This document shows positions 9,222 through 19,460 of a stretch of DNA of 64,000 bases, piece by piece. The notes beneath the pieces are model-generated. The model did not search any database, was not told where the DNA came from, and saw nothing but the letters and a program-made list of their open reading frames with translations. Origin of the DNA: Candidatus Parcubacteria bacterium (GTDB lineage Bacteria; Patescibacteriota; Minisyncoccia; Phycocordibacterales; CAIZLB01). The stretch lies in assembly GCA_039795775.1 (NCBI GenBank), contig JBDKLC010000005.1, positions 3,654-67,653 of the forward strand, given 5' to 3'. How positions within the stretch are numbered: position 1 is the stretch's first letter; each line of letters opens with the position of its first letter. The position numbers and the translations under genes were made by a program.

Positions 9222-10640
9222 ATGCATTTAGGAAAGAAAACAAAGATCGTCTGCACCATCGGTCCAGCGACTCAGTCCGAAGAGCAGCTTACAAAGCTTC
9301 TCAAGGCAGGTATGAATATCGTTCGACTCAACTTCTCACACGGAGATTTTGCTGAACACCAGGTAAAAGTAGACAACCTCAAAAAAGCTATGGCTAAGAC
9401 AGGTATTCCTGCTGCAATTATGCAGGACTTGTCAGGTCCAAAGTTCCGAATTGGAGAATTCTATCAGGAACGAGTTCAACTCAAAGAAGGTCAGCTCATT
9501 ACTCTTACACCTGAAAAGATTGTAGGCGATGAAAAACGAGTTTCTATCAACTACCCAACACTTCACCTCGAACTCAAACCAGGAAACATGATCATGGTTG
9601 ATGACGGAAAGAAGCAGTTTGAAGTTGTTGAAATCAAGGGCAAAGAAATTGTTTGTAAAATTATCGTAGGTGGAGATACAAAGGGACGACGAGGAGTAAA
9701 CCTTCCTGGCGCGTACCTCAAAGTAAGTTCTCTTACAGAAAAAGACAAAAAAGATATTGCGTTTGGTATCAAGAACAAAGTAGATATCGTTGCATTCTCA
9801 TTCGTACGAACAGGTGCTGACGTTCGAGAACTCCGAGATATTTTGAACAAAGCAAAATCAAAGGCTCTCATCATGTCTAAAGTTGAAACACAGGAAGCTG
9901 TAGAAAACATCGATGAAATTATCGAACTCTCTGATGCAATCATGGTTGCACGAGGAGACATGGCGGTAGAAATTGGCGCTGAAAACGTACCGCTCGTTCA
10001 GAAAATGATTATTGAAAAGTGTAACCGAGTAGGAAAGCCTGTTGTCACAGCGACACAGATGCTTGAATCTATGATCAAATCTCCAGTTCCTACACGAGCT
10101 GAAGTATCTGACGTAGCAAACGCTATTCTCGACGGTACAGATGCAATCATGCTTTCAGAAGAAACAACTCTCGGTGATTTCCCAATTGAAGCTGTAAAAG
10201 TAATGACACGAATTGCACTTCGAGTAGAAGGCGATCTTCTTCACCAGAAGCTCCTCCTCGGAAAGAATGACGAACACGTAGGTGTTGGTCCATCTATCTG
10301 TTCATCAGCTGTAAAGACAGCTTCTCGAGTAGATGCTAAATACATTGTTGCTCTTACTGAATACGGATACGGAGCACGAATGACAGCACGACACCGAGGT
10401 CCAAAGCCAATTCTTACATTGACTCCAAACCCAGTAACAGCTGCTCAGTCAAACCTTGTGTTCGGAACATACCCAATCCTCATTCCAAAGTTCAAGTCAT
10501 TTGAAGATGCTCTTAAGACAATTAAGCCACTTCTTATCAAAATGAAGCTTGTAAAGAAGAATGACAAAATTGTAGTTGTAACTGGCGTGCCTTTTGCAAA
10601 GACAAATGAGTCAAACCTCATGATGGTAGAAACACTCTAA
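9222..10640 (+). CDS. pyk: Pyruvate kinase
   Basis: The N-terminus KIVCTIGPA...MNIVRLNFSHG, the MVARGDL/MAVE-like active-site region and the 472-aa length are classic for pyruvate kinase. Confidence 0.95.
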   Translation: MHLGKKTKIVCTIGPATQSEEQLTKLLKAGMNIVRLNFSHGDFAEHQVKVDNLKKAMAKTGIPAAIMQDLSGPKFRIGEFYQERVQLKEGQLITLTPEKIVGDEKRVSINYPTLHLELKPGNMIMVDDGKKQFEVVEIKGKEIVCKIIVGGDTKGRRGVNLPGAYLKVSSLTEKDKKDIAFGIKNKVDIVAFSFVRTGADVRELRDILNKAKSKALIMSKVETQEAVENIDEIIELSDAIMVARGDMAVEIGAENVPLVQKMIIEKCNRVGKPVVTATQMLESMIKSPVPTRAEVSDVANAILDGTDAIMLSEETTLGDFPIEAVKVMTRIALRVEGDLLHQKLLLGKNDEHVGVGPSICSSAVKTASRVDAKYIVALTEYGYGARMTARHRGPKPILTLTPNPVTAAQSNLVFGTYPILIPKFKSFEDALKTIKPLLIKMKLVKKNDKIVVVTGVPFAKTNESNLMMVETL

Positions 10641-10673
10641 GTTTCTCTCCAATATATACTTATATAAGTAACG

Positions 10674-10702
10674 AAAAACAGCCCCTTAAAGGGCTGTTTT
10701 TC
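10674..10702 (+). terminator. Rho-independent terminator after pyk
   Basis: AAAAACAGCCCC-TTAA-AGGGCTGTTTTT hairpin with a T-run. Confidence 0.7.
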
Positions 10703-10743
10703 GTTACTTGTCATATTTATCAATACTAGTATGATGATGAATC

Positions 10744-11469
10744 ATGACATCGAATACATCTAAACACATCCATATTGCGACATCAAAAGCTCCAGCAGAG
10801 GAGGCCGGAAAGTATATTAGTGACATCTTAGCCCTTTCTATCGATAAGCCAGTTCTTTTGCTCGTGGCTGGTGGCTCAGCAATGTCAGTTCTTGAATATA
10901 TCAATCCTGAATATATCGAAAATAATCTTACCGTGACAGTTACAGACGAACGATTCACAGAAGATGTTGGTGACAACAACTTTGCAACAATGCAGACATA
11001 CCCGTTCTATAATAGTCTCATTGATGTTGATGCTTTTTGTATTAACACAGAACTTTTTGCCGGTGACACAATCGAATTATTTAGAGATCGATTTGAAAAA
11101 AACATCCGAGATTGGAAAAAAGAATTTCTAAATGGAGTAATTATCGGATTGTTTGGTATGGGAGCAGATGGCCATGTTGCTGGCATTATTCCTGGTATTT
11201 ATAGTGAAGAAGAATTTGCAAAGAAATTTGACGGGGAAGCATATGCTACAGATGTAGATGCAACAGGCAAAAACGAGCACCCACTTCGAATGACAACAAC
11301 ATTCCCATTTATGAGGATGATTGATCATCCACTCTTCTATATTGTGGGGGAAAACAAACGTGATGCGTTGGTACGAGCGACAGCTACTGAAGGAACTCTC
11401 TTCGAGACTCCGGCTCGTATCATGCTCGAAATGAATAATCCTGAAATATTTACCGATTTAGCGCTATAA
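10744..11469 (+). CDS. 6-phosphogluconolactonase / glucosamine-6-phosphate deaminase family protein
   Basis: LLLVAGGSAMSVL is like the LSGGSTP motif of this family. TVTDERF carries the DER motif. GLFGMGADGHVAGIIPG is like the 6PGL motif LGMGEDGHTASLFPG. Confidence 0.55.
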   Translation: MTSNTSKHIHIATSKAPAEEAGKYISDILALSIDKPVLLLVAGGSAMSVLEYINPEYIENNLTVTVTDERFTEDVGDNNFATMQTYPFYNSLIDVDAFCINTELFAGDTIELFRDRFEKNIRDWKKEFLNGVIIGLFGMGADGHVAGIIPGIYSEEEFAKKFDGEAYATDVDATGKNEHPLRMTTTFPFMRMIDHPLFYIVGENKRDALVRATATEGTLFETPARIMLEMNNPEIFTDLAL

Positions 11470-11544
11470 ACAAGCCTCTATTCTAGATCATTTCTTTAGA
11501 ATTTTTTTAAAAACATTTAATCGACCTATAGTATACTTATCTCT

Positions 11545-12288
11545 ATGACAAAAGTAGCAACATATACTCTTAAAGATAGCGATTTGCTTATGACAACTCA
11601 GTCAACAGATCGACGATATATATTAAAACTTCGAGACTTACCCGATGCTCTTAAGCCACGAGAAAAGCTTGTTTCGTATGGAGCAGAGACATTATCTCTC
11701 CAAGAGTTGTTGGCTGTTGTACTAAACACGGGCACAAAGAAAGAAGACGTACTCGAGATGTCACGACGTATTGTTCGAGAATATGGCAACAGTGCTCTTG
11801 CCGGCCAGAAGAGCCCTCAGGCTCTTGCAAGTGATCTCGATATACCAATTCTCAAAGCTTGTCAGATTATTGCATGTGGTGAGATTGGCCGACGACTTCA
11901 CAAAAAGAACGAGAGTGGTCTTGCTGTTATTCGTACAGCAACAGATGTGTATGAATATCTCAAAGACATGCACAATCTCCCGAAAGAGCAGCTTCGTGGA
12001 ATTTATCTCGATACTCACAACCGTGTAATTCACGATGAAGTTATTTCTATTGGAACAATTAATTCAAATATTGTTCATCCACGAGAAGTTTTCAAACCAG
12101 CACTAGAGTACGGTGCAGCTGCTGTTATTCTCGCGCACAACCATCCTTCTGGTATGGCAGAACCCTCTGAAGCTGACATCCAAATCACAAAGCAGCTTAT
12201 CCAAGCAGGGAAGCTCATTGGTATTCATCTCTTAGATCACATCGTCGTAACTCGAGATTCATTTACAAGTATCGAGTTAGACTACTAA
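11545..12288 (+). CDS. radC: RadC-family (JAB/MPN domain) protein
   Basis: The C-terminal JAMM motif ILAHNHPSGMAEPSEAD and the N-terminal KPREKLVSYGAETLSLQELLAVVLNTGTK are typical of RadC. Confidence 0.85.
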   Translation: MTKVATYTLKDSDLLMTTQSTDRRYILKLRDLPDALKPREKLVSYGAETLSLQELLAVVLNTGTKKEDVLEMSRRIVREYGNSALAGQKSPQALASDLDIPILKACQIIACGEIGRRLHKKNESGLAVIRTATDVYEYLKDMHNLPKEQLRGIYLDTHNRVIHDEVISIGTINSNIVHPREVFKPALEYGAAAVILAHNHPSGMAEPSEADIQITKQLIQAGKLIGIHLLDHIVVTRDSFTSIELDY

Positions 12289-12290
12289 AT

Positions 12291-12989
12291 ATGTCTACAC
12301 TGTACGTTGTAGCTACTCCTATCGGTAACCTTGAAGATATCACTCTTCGGGCTCTTCGAATTCTCAAAGAAGTCGACCTCGTACTTTGTGAAGATACTCG
12401 AGTTACAAAGAAGCTTTTGTCTCATTTTGATATTCATACTCCGACTATGAGCTTCCACGCCAACAGTACATTGGCAAAAGTAGATCAAATTATTGCTCAA
12501 CTCCAAGAAGGAAAAAATCTCGCGCTCGTGACTGATGCCGGTACACCAGCTATTTCAGATCCAGGATCACTTCTTGTATCAAAAGTAAAAGAAGCTATGG
12601 GTGAAGAAGTAAAGATTGTTTCAGTACCGGGTGCTAGTGCTCTCACAGCGGCTTTATCTATAGCCGGACTTCCTGTTCACGAATTTACGTTCATAGGATT
12701 TTTACCACACAAAAAAGGCCGAGAAACACTTTTTAAACAGATCTTCGAATCAGAACGAGCTATCGTGTTATACGAGTCGCCACACCGAATTATGAAGACA
12801 CTCGAATCACTTGCATCTCACGCTGTGTCATCTGCTCAAACAGAACGAAAAATCACTATTGCAAGAGAGATTACAAAAATATTTGAAGAGATTGTATCAG
12901 GTACTGCAGCAGAAATGTTGCACTACTATACATCACATGAAGATAAAGTAAGGGGTGAGTTTGTTGTGATTATTGGTCCTCGTGTATAA
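12291..12989 (+). CDS. rsmI: 16S rRNA (cytidine1402-2'-O)-methyltransferase RsmI
   Basis: LYVVATPIGNLEDITLRALRIL...VLCEDTR...VTDAGTPAISDPG matches the tetrapyrrole-methylase fold of RsmI. Confidence 0.85.
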   Translation: MSTLYVVATPIGNLEDITLRALRILKEVDLVLCEDTRVTKKLLSHFDIHTPTMSFHANSTLAKVDQIIAQLQEGKNLALVTDAGTPAISDPGSLLVSKVKEAMGEEVKIVSVPGASALTAALSIAGLPVHEFTFIGFLPHKKGRETLFKQIFESERAIVLYESPHRIMKTLESLASHAVSSAQTERKITIAREITKIFEEIVSGTAAEMLHYYTSHEDKVRGEFVVIIGPRV

Positions 12990-12996
12990 TACGAAC

Positions 12997-13155
12997 ATGA
13001 CAAAACGAACGCTCGGTATCATTCTTGGTCTTTGGGTAGCGGTACTCCCGTTTCTCGGATTTCCTACTGACTGGAAGAAAGGTATTATAGTTGTTTCTGG
13101 CGTTGTACTAGCAATTCTTTCTTATCTTAATGTCAAAAAGACAAACATCATTTAA
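12997..13155 (+). CDS. Small two-TM membrane protein (hypothetical)
   Basis: ATG at 12997 within the track ORF 12973..13155. It encodes 52 aa with two hydrophobic helices (LGIILGLWVAVLPFLGF; IIVVSGVVLAILSYL). It overlaps the rsmI stop and the next gene. Confidence 0.35.
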   Translation: MTKRTLGIILGLWVAVLPFLGFPTDWKKGIIVVSGVVLAILSYLNVKKTNII

Positions 13156-14404
13156 TTCGAATCTTCGAAACGCGTTCGTTAGTGTCTCTCTTCTTATTGT
13201 TGTAGTGGCCGTTGGTGTTGTATACATGTTGCATGTATTTGAGATGAAAGGTGTAAATAAGAATCTCATAGCTTCAGTATCACAGGGTGCTACAGCCACT
13301 CCAGATGTAGAAGTTCCTTTGAAGCCAATAGTTACTCATGTTGCTACACCAGATGCTGTAAAAGGTATTTATATGTCGAGTTGGGTTGGGGGAGTTCAAA
13401 AACTTCGAAACCATATTATTGAACTCGTTGATTCAAGTGAAGTGAATAGTATTGTTATTGATATTAAAGACGCAACTGGCAAAGTGGCATTTACTACTGA
13501 CGATGCATCTCTCAATGCTGTGGGTTGTATAGAAAACCGTATTCCAGACATAAAAGACTTCATCAAAGAGCTCCATGAAAAAAATATTTATGTAATTGGC
13601 CGTGTGTCTACATTTCAAGATCCGTGTTTTGTAGCAAAGCATCCCGAGCTTGCCGTTAAAACTCAAGATGGTCTGCGTGTTTGGAAAGACAGAAAAGGAA
13701 TATCTTGGATAGATGCAGGAGCAAAAGAAGCTTGGGATTACAATGTTCAGATAGCAAAAGCTTCACACGATATTGGATTTGATGAAATTAACTTTGACTA
13801 TATTCGATTCCCATCAGATGGAAATATGAAAGATATCTCTTTTCCATATAGTGGTACAAAAAGTAAGCCTTTGGTTATTAGAGAATTCTTTCAATACTTA
13901 GATGCAGAGTTACACTCACAGCCTATTATTGCTTCTACAGTCGGTACAACCACTCCTCAAAAAGCAGATCCACGAAAAGATGATAAGGGCAACCTTATAG
14001 AAAACATAACAATCTCTGCTGATTTGTTTGGTATGGTAACAACAAACAAAGATGATCTCGGTATTGGTCAGGTCCTCGAAAATGCCCTCCCATACGTAGA
14101 CTTTGTATCACCGATGGTGTATCCATCTCATTTTCCAGCTACATGGAATGGTATTCCAAATCCAGCCGCCAAACCATATGACGTGATTCATATTTCAATG
14201 AAACGTGCTGCCGAAAGAGCTACAGCAATGGGTATCGATGTACACAAGCTCCGACCGTGGCTTCAAGAGTTCAACTTAGGCGCTGTATATACTGCAGACA
14301 TGATCCGAGCACAGATGCAGGCTACCTATGATGTAGGTCTCAACAGCTGGCTTATTTGGAATCCTTCAAATAAATATAACGCTTCAGCGTATCTCCCAAA
14401 CTAG
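13130..14404 (+). CDS. Membrane-anchored putative glycoside hydrolase (GHL/DUF4015-like TIM-barrel)
   Basis: N-terminal TM helix, then VKGIYMSSWVGG...NSIVIDIKDATGKVAF...IYVIGRVSTFQD...WIDAGAKEAWDYN...DEINFDYIRFP. This resembles glycosyl-hydrolase-like families of the YngK/DUF4015 type. Confidence 0.45.
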   Translation: MSKRQTSFNSNLRNAFVSVSLLIVVVAVGVVYMLHVFEMKGVNKNLIASVSQGATATPDVEVPLKPIVTHVATPDAVKGIYMSSWVGGVQKLRNHIIELVDSSEVNSIVIDIKDATGKVAFTTDDASLNAVGCIENRIPDIKDFIKELHEKNIYVIGRVSTFQDPCFVAKHPELAVKTQDGLRVWKDRKGISWIDAGAKEAWDYNVQIAKASHDIGFDEINFDYIRFPSDGNMKDISFPYSGTKSKPLVIREFFQYLDAELHSQPIIASTVGTTTPQKADPRKDDKGNLIENITISADLFGMVTTNKDDLGIGQVLENALPYVDFVSPMVYPSHFPATWNGIPNPAAKPYDVIHISMKRAAERATAMGIDVHKLRPWLQEFNLGAVYTADMIRAQMQATYDVGLNSWLIWNPSNKYNASAYLPN

Positions 14405-14452
14405 CTTTTTACTTAGCCCTATATCTGATATATACTACTGATATAAGGTTCT

Positions 14453-16846
14453 ATGAATGAAGAAGAAAAAGTAACATATTTCGCCGAAACAGACGCTCGA
14501 AATCAGCGACTGAAATTCGGTATCAAATCAAAAGACCGAACACGACACATGTACGTGATTGGTAAAACGGGTATGGGTAAATCTACCTTACTCGAAAACC
14601 TTGCTGTTCAAGATATTCAGAACGGTAACGGTCTCGCATTCATTGATCCGCACGGCAAAACAGCCGATCTTCTCCTCGAATACATTCCAGAGCATCGAAT
14701 CAACGATGTAGTGTATTTTGCACCGTTCGATATGGAGCACCCTGTATCTTTCAACGTAATGGAAGACGTAGGAGCAGAACGACGTCACCTCGTAGCAAGT
14801 GGTCTCATGAGTGCATTCAAAAAGATTTGGGTGGATGCATGGTCTGCGCGAATGGAATACATTTTGGGAAATATTATGCTCGCGCTTCTTGAGTACCCTG
14901 GTTCGACACTTATTGGTGTAAACAGAATGCTTGCGGACAAAAACTTCCGAAATAAAGTTGTCGACAACATTACTGATCCTTCAGTAAAATCATTTTGGGT
15001 AGATGAATATGCCAAGTACACCGAGAAATTCGCTGCCGAAGCTGCACCTGCAATTCAAAACAAGGTAGGTCAATTCGTTGCCAATCCACTTGTGCGAAAT
15101 ATTATTGGTCAGCCAAAATCTACATTTGATATTCGAAAGATTATGGATGAGAAAAAGATTCTCATTATCAACCTTTCAAAAGGGCGAGTAGGTGAATCAA
15201 ATGCCAACCTTCTTGGAAGTATGCTTATTACAAAGATTTATCTCGCGGCTATGTCACGAGCGGATCTCAACGAAAAGCAGCTCAAAGAAGCTCCACAGTT
15301 TTATCTCTACGTGGATGAATTCCAGTCATTTGCCAATGAATCGTTTGCTGACATTTTATCAGAAGCCCGAAAGTATAAACTTAACCTTACAGTTGCTCAC
15401 CAGTATATTGAACAAATGAGTGAGGAAGTGCGTGCTGCCGTGTTCGGAAACGTGGGTACTATGGTCACATTTCGAGTGGGCGCATATGATGCTGAAGTAT
15501 TGGAAAAAGAATTCTCACCACAATTTCTTGCAACAGATATTGTGAATCTTCAGCAGTACCAGATGTATCTCAAACTCATGATTGATGGTGTAAGTTCTCA
15601 GCCATTCTCAGCTACAGGTATGTCTCCGATTGCAAAGCCTGAAAAAATGTACGTACAAGAAATTATTGATGCATCTCGAAGAAACTTTGCAAAACCTCGA
15701 TATGAAGTAGAAGATGAAATTCGACGATGGCACGAAAATCCATTTACTGAAAACCCAAGTGCCAGTGGTGCAGCAAGTAGTGGGGGAAATACGAGCGGTG
15801 GAAGTCGAGAAGGACGAGATGGAAATCGCGACAATAGAGGATCTCGAGATGGAGGTGGTCAAGGAGGAGGAGAACGACGATCATCTGACAGACAAGGTGG
15901 ATCTAGTATGCAAGGAGGACGTGACAATGCACCTCGAAGCAACAGTTCTGGTCGAGACAATAGAGACAGCAGAGACAACGGAGGTCAACCTATGATCTCT
16001 GGAGGTAGTCGACCTGAGAGGCAAGGAGAGAGACAGGATAGACCTCGAGATGTCTCACGAGATAATCGAGATCGAAATGATCGAGGCGATCGGAATGAAA
16101 GAAGTGACCGTGGAGACCGGGGTGATCGGCCAACTTCTGATCGACCAGCATCAGGTTCAAAGAAAGATAAAGAAAACCGAGAAGCTGAACTTCGAAAAGC
16201 TATTTCTTTGAGTTACCTCAAGGCAGAGCCAGATAAAAAGAACGATCAAAAGTCAGGCAAACCTGAAAACATTGCGGCACTCCGTGATGCACTTATTACT
16301 GTTATGCAAGACGCAAAAGTGGATACGTCGTCTATGGAAGCAGCTATAGAGCAAGCAACATCTGAAGACACTCCGTCTACTCAGTCGGCTGCTCCTTCTT
16401 CTGTGCAGCACAACCAGCCTCAACAGATCAAGCCAAAGACTCATATCAACTTTAAGACGGCTCAACCAGTTTCTTCGAATAGACCTCAGTCACAAGTTCA
16501 GAACCAAGAGTCAAAACAGTATCAAACACAGATGTCCCAGCCCGTAGTTCAGCCTCGAGCAGAAGAGCCAGTAGTAGAAGCATCAGCTATACATACACCT
16601 ACACAAACAACACAGACTACTCAAACACAATCAACAGAACGGGATGAACAACCGATTCAGTCTCCTCGTCCAACACAACAATCTACACCTGTAGAACCTC
16701 GATTTTCTCAGACAACACAAACACAGCCAGAACCTGAATCACCAAAAAAACAGACGTATCAAGAGTCAGCGGCGCATCAGACTCGAAGAGATCCAGCTGA
16801 AGTACCTGAAGAAGTTCTAAAAAAGATTCTTAACGTACAAGAATAA
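14453..16846 (+). CDS. Type IV secretion coupling-protein-like ATPase (TraD/TrwB/VirD4 family) with a ~370-aa low-complexity disordered C-terminal tail
   Basis: Walker A VIGKTGMGKST. FIDPHGK is like the T4CP motif IDPKGE. Walker B is YLYVDEFQSF, and ARKYKLNLTVAHQYIEQM matches the T4CP C-terminal Q motif. After ~aa 430 come RDGNRDNRGSRDGGGQGGGERRSSDRQGG...RDNRDRNDRGDRNERSDRGDRGDR, then a Q/T/P-rich stretch. No virB genes are nearby. Confidence 0.6.
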   Translation: MNEEEKVTYFAETDARNQRLKFGIKSKDRTRHMYVIGKTGMGKSTLLENLAVQDIQNGNGLAFIDPHGKTADLLLEYIPEHRINDVVYFAPFDMEHPVSFNVMEDVGAERRHLVASGLMSAFKKIWVDAWSARMEYILGNIMLALLEYPGSTLIGVNRMLADKNFRNKVVDNITDPSVKSFWVDEYAKYTEKFAAEAAPAIQNKVGQFVANPLVRNIIGQPKSTFDIRKIMDEKKILIINLSKGRVGESNANLLGSMLITKIYLAAMSRADLNEKQLKEAPQFYLYVDEFQSFANESFADILSEARKYKLNLTVAHQYIEQMSEEVRAAVFGNVGTMVTFRVGAYDAEVLEKEFSPQFLATDIVNLQQYQMYLKLMIDGVSSQPFSATGMSPIAKPEKMYVQEIIDASRRNFAKPRYEVEDEIRRWHENPFTENPSASGAASSGGNTSGGSREGRDGNRDNRGSRDGGGQGGGERRSSDRQGGSSMQGGRDNAPRSNSSGRDNRDSRDNGGQPMISGGSRPERQGERQDRPRDVSRDNRDRNDRGDRNERSDRGDRGDRPTSDRPASGSKKDKENREAELRKAISLSYLKAEPDKKNDQKSGKPENIAALRDALITVMQDAKVDTSSMEAAIEQATSEDTPSTQSAAPSSVQHNQPQQIKPKTHINFKTAQPVSSNRPQSQVQNQESKQYQTQMSQPVVQPRAEEPVVEASAIHTPTQTTQTTQTQSTERDEQPIQSPRPTQQSTPVEPRFSQTTQTQPEPESPKKQTYQESAAHQTRRDPAEVPEEVLKKILNVQE

Positions 16847-17608
16847 TATTCGTGCGTACGATCTCAAAAGACCTGGAATATATCCTGGGTAATTATTTTT
16901 GTATGTCTGTATAAGGTCAAGAGTTATCTTGTTCATTTCGAGAGCTTTTGCACTACTTGCACTACTTTTTCTAATAGTATATTCAACATCACAGCCATCA
17001 AGGTTTGCGATTTTTCCTTCGATACCCATACGGAACCAGAGATCATAATCTTCGTTGAGGTACATTGGTTTGAATCCACCCACTTTCAAATATGCCTCTT
17101 TTCGAAACATAACAGATGAAGTCGTAAAACAATTTCGTTGAAGTAAGACCGCTCGAATATCTTCATCTCGAGTGGGGTTCTTGTGTGTACGAATAGGGGA
17201 GCCGTCTTCTTTGACAATATTGATTGTGCTTGAACCAACCAAGAGATGTTCGTGATGGTCATCGAGGAAATCATGCTGCTTTTGTAGTTTTTGAGGAGAA
17301 AGCCACAAATCATCGTCGTCAATAAAGGCGATATATTTGCCCGTAGCTTCTTTGATACCAATGTCTCGGGCAACTCCGGGGCCAACGTTCTTAGGAAGAT
17401 TAACGAGTCGTAATCGTGGTTCAAATGTTTTGAGTTCGTTTACTACAGTAGCTGTGCTATCAGTACTGCCATCGTTAATGATGAGAACTTCAAGCATGTG
17501 CTGGGTATGAGTATCATTTGCAAATGACTGCTCGAATACACTTTTGATTGCTCGAGAAATAAAAGCTGCACCGTTTTTTGTGGCAATAATGACGCTGATG
17601 TTACTCAT
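16817..17608 (-). CDS. Glycosyltransferase family 2
   Basis: VIIATKNGAAFISRAI...INDGSTDSTA...AFIDDDDLW carries the GT-A DxD signature. Confidence 0.85.
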   Translation of the reverse strand: MSNISVIIATKNGAAFISRAIKSVFEQSFANDTHTQHMLEVLIINDGSTDSTATVVNELKTFEPRLRLVNLPKNVGPGVARDIGIKEATGKYIAFIDDDDLWLSPQKLQKQHDFLDDHHEHLLVGSSTINIVKEDGSPIRTHKNPTRDEDIRAVLLQRNCFTTSSVMFRKEAYLKVGGFKPMYLNEDYDLWFRMGIEGKIANLDGCDVEYTIRKSSASSAKALEMNKITLDLIQTYKNNYPGYIPGLLRSYARILFLYVKNLF

Positions 17609-17639
17609 ATATGTGTCTATTATACAATATTACGGTCTA

Positions 17640-18518
17640 TTAGATTCGTATCCAGTCTGAAGGAGTGGCATTGGTCGTGTCTACGGTGTGTGATTGAATC
17701 CACTGTTTTGGACCTACAACAACCTTTGATGCTGAAGGGTTAAGCCATGCACCCCACCAACTAAATGAACTGTTGGCGATGATATGGTGTGAACAGTTGC
17801 TCATGAGTACAAGTTCCTCGTATTCTTGAATATCAGGTGATGAGACATAATTGATGGTGATGTCTTTTGTCTGTAGATGTTGCTTGGCCCAGTTTATATC
17901 ATCTGAAAATACAAAAAGCTGAATATTTTTTGATTCTTTCTTTTGAATTTCTTCGATAGCTTTGTAGTAGTAGTCGAGTTGAAGTACGCCATGATGGGCT
18001 GCTGCATGTTTGTTTGTGACATAGTCACCTCGGCGAATATGAAGTGATACTGGTGCGAAGCCGGCTTCTTTTAGTTCTTTTATTTTGAGATACAGAGACT
18101 GTGCAGATACCCCAAGTGGTTTCTTTGGTGTGAAGTCTGATCGGATTGCATCAGCGAAGTCTTTGAAATAATCGTCAGTTTGCCACCAGCCTTCGAGATA
18201 TGAACCGTCTTTTGGTGAGAGTATCGCTGTGTTTGTTTTGTACCAGTTTGTAGCAAAGATCCTGTTTTGTATAATTCTTTTTAATTTATGAAAAGGATTT
18301 TTTGTTTTTGAAATATCAGATACTGATGCTTCAGGGAGTGTAACATTAAAATTAGTGAGTCGAAGAGGACGCACTGTATCGCGGGCGGCTGTGCCGCCCG
18401 CGATATATTCAGTGAGGTCATATGCCACATCCCACCCAGTTCGCAGAGCGATAGTTTTGCCTACTGCATACTGAAACATTTGATTGCCGAGGCCACCTTT
18501 AAGCTTGACGATTATCAT
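17640..18518 (-). CDS. Glycosyltransferase family 11 (alpha-1,2-fucosyltransferase-like)
   Basis: The N-terminal GGLGNQMFQYA motif is diagnostic of GT11/FutC-like enzymes, and the ~290-aa length fits. Confidence 0.8.
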   Translation of the reverse strand: MIIVKLKGGLGNQMFQYAVGKTIALRTGWDVAYDLTEYIAGGTAARDTVRPLRLTNFNVTLPEASVSDISKTKNPFHKLKRIIQNRIFATNWYKTNTAILSPKDGSYLEGWWQTDDYFKDFADAIRSDFTPKKPLGVSAQSLYLKIKELKEAGFAPVSLHIRRGDYVTNKHAAAHHGVLQLDYYYKAIEEIQKKESKNIQLFVFSDDINWAKQHLQTKDITINYVSSPDIQEYEELVLMSNCSHHIIANSSFSWWGAWLNPSASKVVVGPKQWIQSHTVDTTNATPSDWIRI

Positions 18519-19446
18519 GTTGAATATAGTTACTCATAAGGGTGAGATACTTTTTTGTAGCAACAGTGTCTGTAAAGTGTTCGAGGCTGTATGCTCGAGG
18601 TCGTAAACGAGAGTAGTGCTCAGTGAGCTTTTGGAGCTGAGTGCCGAAGTCAGATTCATCTTTGAAGAAATATCCGCATGAGGCCATGAGATAAGGTGCG
18701 CTAATCTTTGTATCTTTCCAATAGAAATCTTCGTGTTCCCAGAACCCACGATTCCATACGAGTGTAGGAACATCTCGGATCCATGCTTCGTGAAGGGCGA
18801 GCCCCTGACTTTCAGATTCAGAGAGATAAATCATAAATGCAGAAGATTCGAGTTTTCGATAAAAATCTTCTTGTTTAAAAAAACCATAGTGAACCACTGT
18901 GAACGGAATATCTCGGGCAGACAAGTCATTCATAACTGCTTTTACTAATTCTTCAGGAGCATTCTTTTGATAAATAAGAACTTGAAGCCGTTTTGATCGT
19001 GGAATTGGAGGTACTCCGGGATCTACTACACCAGCAGCCCATACTTTTATTTTATCTTTGAGTGAAGGAATCTGATAGATATAAAAATCACGCACCCATG
19101 GTGATGGCACAATGAGCATATCGATAAGTGGATTGTCTAAGAGCTTTTTGTGGTCGAGAGGAGAGATAGTAATAGTCGGACCAGCCACAAGTGTTCGAAA
19201 TGCTCCTTTTCGTTTGAGAGCTAACGCTTCTTTGAGTGTCTGGACGCCAGAAACCACATGCACAACATCAGATGGGCTTGTTGGATATGTATCCATTCGA
19301 AATGGAACGCCTTGTTCTTGAAGACCAACAGAAAGACTTCGAACAACTGACGCGGGGCCACGTACTTTATTTTTGATATTTCGAAAATAGACTTTCCATC
19401 GACCGAGGGAAAAGAAACTTTTTGGTGAAGTCCACAGGAGTAACAT
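18499..19446 (-). CDS. Putative GT-B fold glycosyltransferase (GT4-like)
   Basis: The C-terminal motif YLSESESQGLALHEAWIRDVPTLVW resembles the GT4 E-x7-E donor-binding motif (SxxEGFGLxxLEAMAxGxPV). It overlaps the neighbouring gene and sits in the glycan operon. Confidence 0.45.
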   Translation of the reverse strand: MLLLWTSPKSFFSLGRWKVYFRNIKNKVRGPASVVRSLSVGLQEQGVPFRMDTYPTSPSDVVHVVSGVQTLKEALALKRKGAFRTLVAGPTITISPLDHKKLLDNPLIDMLIVPSPWVRDFYIYQIPSLKDKIKVWAAGVVDPGVPPIPRSKRLQVLIYQKNAPEELVKAVMNDLSARDIPFTVVHYGFFKQEDFYRKLESSAFMIYLSESESQGLALHEAWIRDVPTLVWNRGFWEHEDFYWKDTKISAPYLMASCGYFFKDESDFGTQLQKLTEHYSRLRPRAYSLEHFTDTVATKKYLTLMSNYIQHDNRQA

Positions 19447-19460
19447 GCTAGTACTTTACC

